Source of the DNA: Eledone cirrhosa
Taxonomy: Eukaryota
Assembly: GCA_964016885.1 (NCBI GenBank)
Contig: OZ024742.1
Span: forward strand, 291,276,001-291,340,000
Length of the DNA stretch: 64,000 nucleotides
Reading direction: 5' to 3'
The notes under the pieces were generated by a model. That model was given only the letters and a program-made list of their open reading frames with translations, did no database searches and was not told where the DNA came from. The translations under genes and the position numbers were made by a program. Positions 1-10,838 of this stretch are shown here, piece by piece (position 1 is the first letter of the stretch; each line of letters opens with the position of its first letter).

Positions 1-1013
1 GGATAGTAATATTTGGTATCCATAACATTTGGAAACAAAAGCATTAAGAAATGAAAGATTTACCACAGGTATAGTCAAACTATTTTTCCAAAGGAAAGCC
101 ATCATCCACACGGCCACTGTTGCTGTTATCATTATTTTATTCTTCATTTCCAAATGTTTACTGTGCCTTTTCTGTTAACAATTAGTTTTAATACAATGTG
201 TTGAATTCAATGTGTCAGTTTATGATAACGAAAAGGAAGGTACTTTGAAATGTTTTCTGTTTCTATTCTGTTACTGACTAATTATATATCATTATATATA
301 TACCAAACCACTTAAAACTGGCCCTGCTTCTATGAAAGTGATATATTCTAAAGTGTTTATATTTATCTGAAAACCCCCCCATCATATATTTGTGTAAGAA
401 ACTTTAAGTTATGCTCCAAATAATGAGAAAGTTAGTTATGTTAACAACTAATCATATGGAATGGATCTCTGTTGGTTCCAACAATGTGTGTTTCAATTGT
501 TTGATTAATACAACTGTCTGCTCATAAAATTTACATATAAGTAGCTAAGTTTTCCAAAGACACATGTCCATTTACTGTAACTCTCAGATAGCTTTAGCAT
601 GACAGTGTGTGTGATAAAGCTGACTTATTCAATTACTAGTACAGTCCAGTTTCTGTGTATCCAATTTCACTTGCAAGGCTTGGGTTAACCTGAGAGTATG
701 GTAAATGACATTTGCCTAAAATGCCACAAAGCATACAGTGGAATACAACCAAGGATTTTCCGATTGCAAAAACGAGCTTTTTGATCATCAAATGTATAAC
801 ATATGTTGATGAAAATATTTGAATTTCCCAATATTTATTGTCTATTAACAACTAGCTATATACTGCATAATCTTTTGTATAGGATGCACATATTTTAATC
901 CAATATTTGATATCAACATCTGCCTGCACTCTATATATGAATTCAACAATGATAGTATTTACTATTCAGAAGTTAGGTATAAGCAGAACTAAATAGCAAT
1001 TTTTTTTCCTTAA

Positions 1014-1201
1014 CCCTGTATCCGGCCAGAATTCTCTCACCTCTTTCTCTTCAAACCGACCATAACTGGCCACTCATACTGATGTTAAGACATCGTTCTC
1101 AAAATAAATAGCATCAAAATATCATAGATTCAACATTATGTGAGATAAAGCTTTTACCACGAAAATACATTAGTTTATAGAGTAATGTAAATGTTAAAGG
1201 G
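1014..1201 (+). mobile_element. piggyBac-like MITE (~200 bp), left TIR partly deleted
   Basis: TTAA|CCC...GGG|TTAA ends; interior matches copies at 17482, 20156 and 49182. Confidence 0.7.
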
Positions 1202-1254
1202 TTAAACATTTTTTTTTTTTCAAAATAAGGTTGTCTTACATTCTGAAAAATATG

Positions 1255-2635
1255 ATATATTATTGACAGTCTATTAAATGTGTAGATTACAATGGTGATA
1301 AAAATGATGTTTGCACTCCAAAATGTTTGGTGTGTCTAAATATATTATTGTACCTGTGACTGTCTATTCAATGTTTAGGTTATAGTAATGATGAAAATAA
1401 AGATGTTTATATTACTAAATTTTGTATTCTGAAAATCTTTGTTGTAACTGTCTGTTAATAAATAACTAAATATATTATATTTGTGACTGGCCATTTAATG
1501 TGTGGGTTATGGGGATGATGAAAATGTTTGTATTTCTAAATGTTTGGTGTATCTGTGTCTGTTAACATAGTAATTATCAGCAAACTATTTTTTTCACCCA
1601 GTAGTATTCTACACATTTGTGGTACCTTACAACGAAGTTCTTGTCATTGTTGGTGGCTTGTCTTACCAATGTATCAGTCGATGCCTGTTAGAATGCTTAC
1701 TATTCCAGCACCTTAGCCTCATTATCACCTCTGGCAATGCCTTTAGTGTGCTAGTTTGCCTCAAAAATTATTGGAGGGAAGCTCCAGCACCCTTGTTACG
1801 GCTTTCTTTGTTTATTATCTCTCTACCTATGAAATTATTTTTTCAATATTGTATATGCATGTGCAGTAGGCAGAGTCATTAGAATGTCAGATAGAATACT
1901 TTGCAGTATTCATTTTGGCTCTCTGCTCTCTGAGTTCAAATAACACCATGGTCAACTTTGCCTTCATCCATTCCATGTTGATAAAAATAGTTTCCAGTCA
2001 AGTACTGGGACCGATTCTTCCTCTGTGTCTTTTTCTCACTTCTATTTACTCACACTCTACCCTTCTCTGGAATAAATCTGCTGTATTCAGACATGGAAAG
2101 GGATGGACTTCACCAAGTTTTAAAATGCCCCAGAAACACCATATATCAATACATACTTCCTCAGCAGTTACAGGACCATCCTTATATAACTTATATAACA
2201 ACAAAATATATTATATTATATTTATGTATTGGTTATGGTGAAAAGGATGTTTATATTTCAAAATATTTCTTATATATCTATTCAATGTGAAGGATATAGT
2301 GATGAGGAAAATGCTTGTATTTTCAAAATGTTTTATGTATTTGTGTTTGTTAACATCTAACTATATACATATATTATAAAGAAACATCTATATATATATA
2401 TTATATTATATTTGTTACTGTCCATGCAATCTGTAAGTTATGGTAATGAAAATGTTTGTATTTTAACATTTTTGGTGTATTTGTGTTTAATGAGTAGGTT
2501 ATGGTGATGCTAACTACATAGATATATTACCTCAGTATTTGTATTTCCAAACGTTTGCTGTGTCTGTTTACAACTAAATATATATCATATTATATATTCT
2601 CACTGTCCATTAAATGTGTTGATTATGATGGTAAA
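1255..2635. repeat. Old degenerate ~110-120 bp minisatellite in two blocks (~1255-1575 and ~2200-2635)
   Basis: Recurring motif gactgtctattcaatgtgtaggttatggtgatgaaaatgtttgtatttctaaatgtttggtgt. Confidence 0.55.
1861..2015 (+). mobile_element. Degenerate tRNA-derived SINE, same family as 48820-49007
   Basis: tgagttcaaat B-box followed by ggtcaactttgccttcatcc...gataaaaatag..ccag body. Confidence 0.55.
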
Positions 2636-2871
2636 GAAGACGGTGTAGAAGGGTGAGGGTGAAAGAAAATTGAAGTTTTAACATAAAAAGTTTATCAGAT
2701 TTGTCCATACAACAGCAATAAAAACAGCAGCAGTAACAACAACAACAACAAAATATTTATTATTCCTCATTTAGAAATATTTCATGTCTGTTCTTGAAGC
2801 GATTTAAAGATTACAATATTAAATCATTTATTTCTAACACCAATCAATATCTATTTACCCACCCCCCTGTC

Positions 2872-2979
<108 letters not shown>

Positions 2980-3529
2980 ACCCATGCTAGCATGGAAGAA
3001 TGGACGTAAAACAGTGATGATGATGATGATAATGATATATGAATGTATGTGTGTATGTGAGTGTCTTACTCTCTCTTTCACTCTCACATACACATAAACA
3101 CTTCCTCTCTCACATACACACACATTTATTCACCCTCTCACCCTATCTCTCTCTGTATTTCACATACACGTTCCCACTCTCCCCTCTCTATATGTGTCCT
3201 TTTTAAACATTCAGCTTGAGGTAAGAACATTAATACAACACCAACAACATAACTCTGATTAAGGTGTTTATACACATTATTTTAATACCTTGTCTTTAAA
3301 TGAGAAAGATGATAAGGTATTATTTTAAAATTAACTCTTCTACTCTGTGACTGATTCAAGCCTGTGGGATCTGACCATGCTGGAGCATGCCATCATTTAG
3401 TATCATCACCGTCATTTTACATCTGCTTTGGATGGTTTGTGGCAGTCAAAACGACTCATATTGCTTATACATTCCATATATATTCAAGGCTAGGTTCTAG
3501 GTGCCTTTATTAACATCAACCATGTTACA

Positions 3530-3707
3530 GGAAGACCAGGAAAAACATGGGTGGAGGTGGTGAGAGTGGACCTCAGTTAGCTGAAGCTCACGGAGGAGAT
3601 GACGAAGGACCGTGACAAGTGGAGAGATGATGTGCTGAATAGGACCCATCCCACCCTTGCAAGCACAGAAAAGCGGACGTAAAATGATGATGATGATGAT
3701 GATGATG
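3530..3707 (+). mobile_element. RTE LINE 3' fragment (family C)
   Basis: GRPGKTWVEVVRVDL...MTKDRDKWR C-terminus, then cccacccttgcaagc...gcggacgtaaaa(tga)n tail. Confidence 0.8.
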
Positions 3708-4175
3708 TTACAGGGTGAACTAAATACATTTTTTGTGGTACTAGCACTACTACTTTATAAAGTGGACTTGGAAGCATTTTATTGTGGTACATCATGGTTT
3801 GATTTCACTAATGAAGACTAACAAAGAGACCTGCCTAATGCAGGCTTGCTTGTGGCTGACAAGACCAATATAAGGCAAACAGGGCTGTAAGGGAAATACT
3901 GTTCTGGGGTTGGTGTTGCTATGCCAAGTTTCTTCCTCCATCTCCTTTTGTTATTAATATCAGCCATGTGAGCATTCTAGGAGGAAGAAACAGACTGGTG
4001 GATGGTATGTTGCTGGATACATACATTTATTGACAGGTTTTGTTTTTGTTCTGTGGGGTTTCTAGCAAACCTAGTGGGAGTGTTGGTATTGATGCTGACA
4101 AGGCAACCATGCAATGCAGCTGGTTGTACCAGCCTTCATGTTACCAGTGGCACTGATGAACAACCTCACATATGG

Positions 4176-4410
4176 TATCATCACCATTTTACGTCCATTC
4201 TTCCACACTAACATGGGCTAGACTAGTTGTCCTGTTGTGGGCAATGCTAGGTCTGGTGACCATGTTTTTCTCATACAGAACTGATTCAGGCTTGGTTTCT
4301 ACAGCTGGATGCCCTCCTTACACCAACCTCATTTACAGTGAGTACTGGATGCTTTTTACCTACATGACAACGGTACAGTGTGGGTTGGGCACCACTTTTT
4401 GTCGTGGCAT
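4176..4410 (-). mobile_element. Diverged RTE family A 3' UTR fragment
   Basis: Aligns by eye to 43248-43500. Confidence 0.7.
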
Positions 4411-4459
4411 ATATATATATATATATTGTTAATTTCTATCATTATTATTGTTTTTATGT

Positions 4460-4841
4460 TAGCAACTGGAGAGAAATGAAGCAAGCATGCGCCGATGGAT
4501 GTGCAATGTTAATGTGCATGAATGACCAAGCATGGAGGAGTTGAGAGTGAAACTGTATAAGAGGGATAAACTGTAGTGTGCAGGAGAGAAGACTGTGTTG
4601 GTATGGCCATGTAATGGGCATGGATGATGACCATTGGGTGAAGAAGCACCAAATAATCCCAGTGGAAGAGAAAATATGGGCAGAGGTAGTGAGAGCTGAC
4701 CTCAGATTGCTGAAGCTCACAGAGGAGATGACAAAGGACCATGACAAATGGAGAGATGCTGAGCTGAAGAAGACCTGTCCTACCCTTTCAAGCAGGGAAA
4801 AGCGGACATTAAATGATGATGATGAAGATGATGATGATGAT
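4460..4841 (+). mobile_element. RTE LINE 3' fragment (family C)
   Basis: ERRLCWYGHVMGM...MTKDHDKWR peptide and (GAT)n tail. Confidence 0.85.
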
Positions 4842-5059
4842 TTTCCATACTGGCAAGGGGCTGGATAAGATTTTTGAGGCAGTATTCTATGGCTGGATGC
4901 CTTTCCTGATACCAATTCTTGTTTGTTTTTATGTATGATACTTATTCTACTGATCTTTACGTGTTAAACTGCTGAACTGTGTGACATTGTTTACATAAAC
5001 AAACATCATCGAATTCCCAAGCTGTGTCAATGTGAAATGAAGACACATGTGAAGACAAA

Positions 5060-5360
5060 TACACAGATACATGCACAAACATTCACACACACACAGATAC
5101 ACACACCACACACAAACACTCACACACACAGATACCTGCACAAACATTCTCACTCACACATACATACACAAACATTCATACATACACACAGATACACACA
5201 CACACACGAACAAACATTCACACATACACAGATACATGTACAAACACTCTCACTCACTCACACACAAACATTCATACACACACCACACACAAACACTCAC
5301 ACAGACACAGATAGCTGCACAAACATTCTCAAACTCATACATACACAAACATTCATACAT

Positions 5361-5436
<76 letters not shown>

Positions 5437-6135
5437 TCACACAAACAGATAAATGCACAAACACTCTCACTCACACACACACAAACATTCATACACACAC
5501 CACACACAAACACTCACACATACACATACAAACATTCATACACGCACACAGACACACACAAACATTCATGCGTGCACACAAACACACACACACAAACATT
5601 CATGCGGGCGCACAGATACACATACATAAATATTCATACGCGGGCACAGATACACACACAAACATTCACACACATACTACACACAAACACTCACACATAC
5701 GCAGATGCCTGCACAAACATTCTCACTTATACACACACATACTACACACAAACACTCACACATACGCAGATGCCTGCACAAACATTCTCACTTATACACA
5801 CACATACTACACACAAACACTCACACATACGCAGATGCCTGCACAAACATTCTCACTTATACACACACATACTACACACAAACACTCACACATACGCAGA
5901 TGCCTGCACAAACATTCTCACTTATACACACACATACTACACACAAACACTCACACATACGCAGATGCCTGCACAAACATTCTCACTTATACACACACAT
6001 ACTACACACAAACACTCACACATACGCAGATGCCTGCACAAACATTCTCACTTATACACACACATACCAAACATTCATACACACACACAGAGACACACAC
6101 ATACAAACATTCATACACACAGAGATACATGTACA
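5060..6135. repeat. CA-rich complex minisatellite with ~6 near-perfect 65-bp units (~5671-6065)
   Basis: gcagatgcct recurs at 5701, 5766, 5831, 5896, 5961 and 6026; pure (CA)n at ~5362-5434. Confidence 0.9.
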
Positions 6136-6315
6136 CGATCTTATACACATGTAAATGTGGAGACTTTTCCTAAAAAGTTATCCTCTTAAACGCTCACATA
6201 GTGATTTTGAAAAGCCCCAAAATCCCCGTTGCCATGGAAACAACAGGAGTTGAACAGGATTCGGAAAGAGAATTTAATTAATAGTTGATATATCAGATTA
6301 AAGAATGGTATTTAA

Positions 6316-8498
6316 CTAATGTATTGGTACGCGATGGGGCCCACCCACAGCCCCGGCAGACAGAATGGAGAAGGCGTTTCCCCGGAGGACGGCAAGGGAG
6401 ACGTGCTGGAAAAGCCACTCCAACTCGCGGGGCTCACACCTGCGGCTGGCCAGCTCACCGCCTATGGTGGTGAGTAAGGAGGTAGCCCTGTGGCCGAGGA
6501 CACCAGAAGTCTTCACTGCCAGGGGAATGACCGCAAACCTGTCGGAGAGCGACCAGTATTGAGGAATTTGGCCCCCTCAGCCCGACGTGCAGCAGAACCT
6601 GGGTCAGTCACAGACTGCACAAGGTTGCGGCTGCAGAAAGTATCGGTGCAAGTGGCATCCCAGACGAGGGGTTTGCTTCCGCGGAACGGGAAGATAGTCA
6701 TGCCATCTGGCCTTTTGCCGTCCCCTAGATCCAGCCCCACCGGCTCGAGCTGGGAAGGGAAGCCTGCAGCGTCCAAGCCATGCTTAATAACCTCGTTAAG
6801 GGCATAATGGCGTGGAATGCGGCCGGCACTATGGCGACAGGAAAGCGGGTGGAAGCCGAAAGAGTCCACGGTGGAACCGCAGCGACATTGGTGTGGCTGG
6901 CAGATCCGGAGGCCGAGCCTCAGGGAAACGCCGATTCGCAGGCTACGGTTGTCTAGCTGCCAGTGGAGAAGGAGGGCAGGGCATGGAGCCAGGCACCACT
7001 GTGGGGTTTGGAGGCCGCATGAAAACAAGCAAGGCGGGGCTGGTCGAGCTGGCGCGTGAGCCTGTTTGAGGCCAGGCTGCACTGGATGGCATCCCAAGTG
7101 CGTTGGAGGGACTTGACGTCAACAGGGGGAGAAGGAGGAGGGACGTCTACTGGGCTAAGTCCCAGCCGGTCCCACGTCTCACAGGTGGCCTCATGTTCTC
7201 TGAACACAGAGGGTTCTGTTGTGTTTTGAAGAACCCTGCTGACGAGGACGCGGCACGCGGTTACCGACGAAAGATACGCCGGCAAAGCTAGTGAGATCGG
7301 TAAAGTGGCCTGTTGCCACCCTATGTCGTCAAATTTGACGTTGCATATCCCCTCGGCTGCTGCTCGGATACAAGTATCGAGGTCAGTAAGGAGAGATGTC
7401 TGGGTGTAGCATGGAGCGCTGCGGAGTGTATAGAGGAGCTTCGGCATGGCGAAGCAGTTCCTCGGTAGAAAGAGAGCTGGGTGGCCGTCAATCAAGCCCA
7501 GTCGACTCGTGAGAGTCTGGATCTGTTGAAGCCTGGACCTGATGGTGGAGCGGATGGCCGGCGGGTGGATCGGTGACCCGAGGATGAGGACATCCTCTTT
7601 GGGGTCACCTGAACCTGCCAGAGAATGGACCGCATGTCCAAGACGGAGGCTGCAAAGCTCGCAGCATCGAGGCTGACGTTCACCACCCCCGACTTGGCCG
7701 AGTTGACCTGGAGGCCGATTCCCGCCAGGGCAGGAATCACCGATTGAACGTCATGGCAGACCGTCCGTACAGGCCCACCCAACGTAGCACCATCCAGATA
7801 CCAAACGTTGAGAGGGGCCGTGATACTCCGGGCGATGTGGTCAATACCAAGGGCAAACAAGAGGGGTCCCAAAGGGTCGCCCTGTTGGACCCCAGCAGCC
7901 GAGGGTATGACCGTATCAGCAGTTAGGAGCATGCTCGGGGCTCCATATGACAGGTAGGCCAGCGGGTAGGCAGAGGGGGCTCGGCTGAGGCAGGCCTCGA
8001 GCAGATGATCCCGGCATAAAGAGTTAAAGGCATTCTTCATGTCAAGCTTGACAATGAGGTACCTGGAGTCCTTGGATGCCGGTACCGGCTACCGGCAACC
8101 GTGCCGCTCTCGGGATGCTGAGTGGGATCTTCCGGAGCCGCCTGAGCCGAGCGATGTTGACCAGCGAGCAAGCTCGCTGTCCCATCTGGTGGTGTGCCAG
8201 ATGGCCGTGGCTGGGAAGACGTGGGGAAGAGGCAGATCCTGCACCTCGACACTGCGAGGGCATTGGAAGCTCGAGGAGTCAAGCCAACATAGGTGAGGTG
8301 GTGGAAGCAGCCGCACCCCAAACAGTTCCGGCCCCTCTTCCGTTTGTTAGTGGTGCCGCAAGTGCTGCAGGTGTCGATTTGGAGGGGTGGAGGATGGGGC
8401 GTGGAGCCGGAGACTGAGGCACCGAGCGGCATCAGGGGTGGGTGGGTGGCGTGTGTGGGTGGAAGGGAAAGTGCTGGTAAGAGGGCCGCATAGCTCAC
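6316..8498 (-). mobile_element. Decayed CRE-type non-LTR retrotransposon (RT + CCHC + restriction-like endonuclease), frameshifted and internally deleted
   Basis: KLDMKNAFNSL, GVQQGDPLGPLLF and WYLDG (YLDD mutated); CRCG...HPLSC...RH, KRPDG and LVWDATC; C-terminal SLAVLRGNA; pieces spread over several frames; GC-rich relative to flanks. Confidence 0.85.
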
Positions 8499-10199
8499 CT
8501 ATATATATGGAGGTGCCAGAAAACGAGAGCGAAAAGGGCTGCATGGAGGGGGAGATACAGGAAGGTAGAATGGCAGTAAATGAATGAGTGAATGGATGGA
8601 TGTACACAAAAAAGAGAGGGGGGGGGGGAGAAAACAAGCGGAAAGACCCAGAGTTCAGCACGCACACATGCGAGCAACTGAGCAGTTTGTCATAGGATCT
8701 AGTGGCTGGTGGTGAGTCACTGATGCTGGGGTTGGCTTCCTCTTGTTAATGGTAGAGTTGTTGTTGTTAATGACACTGTTGTCGTCGTTGCCTTCCTCTT
8801 GTTAATGGTGAAGATATAGAGCGAAATACAAAATCCACCAGCAGACAATTATATTAAAAAAAAATATCCAGAAATAAAAGTCAACATTTCTGTCTGGGAT
8901 ATAAAGATTTGTTTTACATTTTCGCAAACATCGTAACGATATTCTCAATGGACGCGTTTACAATATTTGAATATAACTGAACCGTCGTGTCATTTAATTT
9001 GAAAAGTGGAGCAAAGTAAAAGGAGAATAGTGAATTTGGAGTGTCAATCCCTTGTAATTTGTCTTTTTTTTTTTCAATACCGGACTTACAGTTTTCCAGG
9101 ATTTATACTCACTTTTTATTTTTTTTTTCCTTCAAAAGGATGGAGGCGTTTTATCTCCTCATGAAACTGACATTACTTAATGATGTTCGTCATCTATGGC
9201 TTATTCATATGTATTATTTCATAACTCTATAGAACTTTTAGAACGTTTGTGTAGTGTTCTGTATCCAGCCATGTTTGTACAACAGGTAAGAAAAATGAAG
9301 AAAAATGATGATCCGGTGACGGTTTCTTCTGATAGGAGCCTCTTCCACGTCGGAAGATCGAAGTGTGTTTTCTTGTCTTCTTCAATACTTTCATAAACGG
9401 CTTCGGAGATTTAAAACTTATGTTTCAATTGGTGCTTCCATTTCCACACGGTTCTATTATCTTATTTACAAAAATATATTTCTATATATTTATTTATTTA
9501 TTTCTCTTCTTTTAGTATAATATAGCGAGTTGTCACCAGTGATGTTTGAAGTTCCTTCAATGAAGTCGTACAGTTTTATGTCTAACTTAAAAGTGCAAGA
9601 AAGATAAACTCGGATCTGTTAAATTGGAAGAATGGGGGTTGATGTTTCGTCTGTATCGACGATGGATTTCCACAGTCGTTCGATCAAGGTGATATACAAT
9701 GATACTGCTTTGAATTTTTTTCCTTGTTACAAAATTTGATTATACAGCCTTTGTAACCGAAACAATATTGTGTTAAACAACATTATCAATCTATTGTATG
9801 TGTTTTGAGTTGCATGGCAATCTATTGCTACAGCAACCCCATCGTTTCCGTGGCAAAAACGTCGGTACGATTGATGACGTCATCAGGAAAAATTTTGACG
9901 TCATCAATAATTTTGTAATGGAGAAATGTTTTCATATCAATGGTCTATACATGTGCCAAGTTTCATTGACATGGCATTAGTGGTTCAGGAATAAAGCAAG
10001 GGGAAGTCTCTGGAAAACCTTGATTGGATCTTAGAATTTCTTGCAATGTGAAATTATTCAGAGAAGGGGCTTGATGTAGGATGGTGGAGACATGGATTTG
10101 CTCTCTATTTCCAATTATTCAAGAGCTGGGGCACTTGATATGGGAAAGTGGAGAACATTGCTTAGATAAGTTTTTATTGGCAAATAAAGGGCAGATAGT

Positions 10200-10436
10200 G
10201 GAGGCACATGACCTAGTGATAAGGTTAGGGACTTATGATTATAATGTCGTGGGTTCGATTCCTGGACTGGGTGGTGTGTTGTGTTCTTGAGTAAATGCTT
10301 CAATGTACTCAGCAGAAATTAAGTACCAGCAATAGCTGGGGGTTAAACCCCGCGATGGACTAAAGTCCTGTCCAAGAGGGAGTCTTGCACGAAACCGGTA
10401 TAAGCACTGGCCCGATGAGTCTCTTGGCTTGAGAGT
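10200..10436 (+). mobile_element. tRNA-derived SINE with a distinct central body
   Basis: A-box-like tgacctagtgataagg, B-box ggttcgattcc, body accccgcgatggact...gaaaccggtataagc. Confidence 0.7.
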
Positions 10437-10838
10437 TCAGATGGAAAGTTGCAGCACTCACTTGTGACAACTATTGGCAATGAGGAGATAACTCATTTTG
10501 AATGAATTAATGCAATGATGAAAGGGGAGGAAACTGCAGCTGATATATCTGTAGTATGGGAGGTAACTCTCTCTGGATCCCAAAACATTTTAATTGATAT
10601 TTTTTTCCTTTAATGATATGATCTGTCAGTGATGCTTGCGGATGTATCATGCAATATGAAATTTTTCTGATAAACATATATACATCTTCTTTCTTTGATG
10701 GTATACCGGGTTGCTGTATCCACAATACAGGTTAGGAGGACATTTTTTATTCCACTGCTCCTTGCTTTACAGGTGTATGTATGTATGTATGTATGTATGT
10801 ATGTATGTATGTATGTATGTATGTATGTATGTATGTAT

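Noticed and set aside
5037-6189. His/Thr-rich ORFs in three frames
   Set aside because: Translation of CA-rich repeats; the 65-bp unit is not a multiple of three
10507-10725. 72-aa minus-strand ORF as a host exon
   Set aside because: No recognisable motif or convincing splice context
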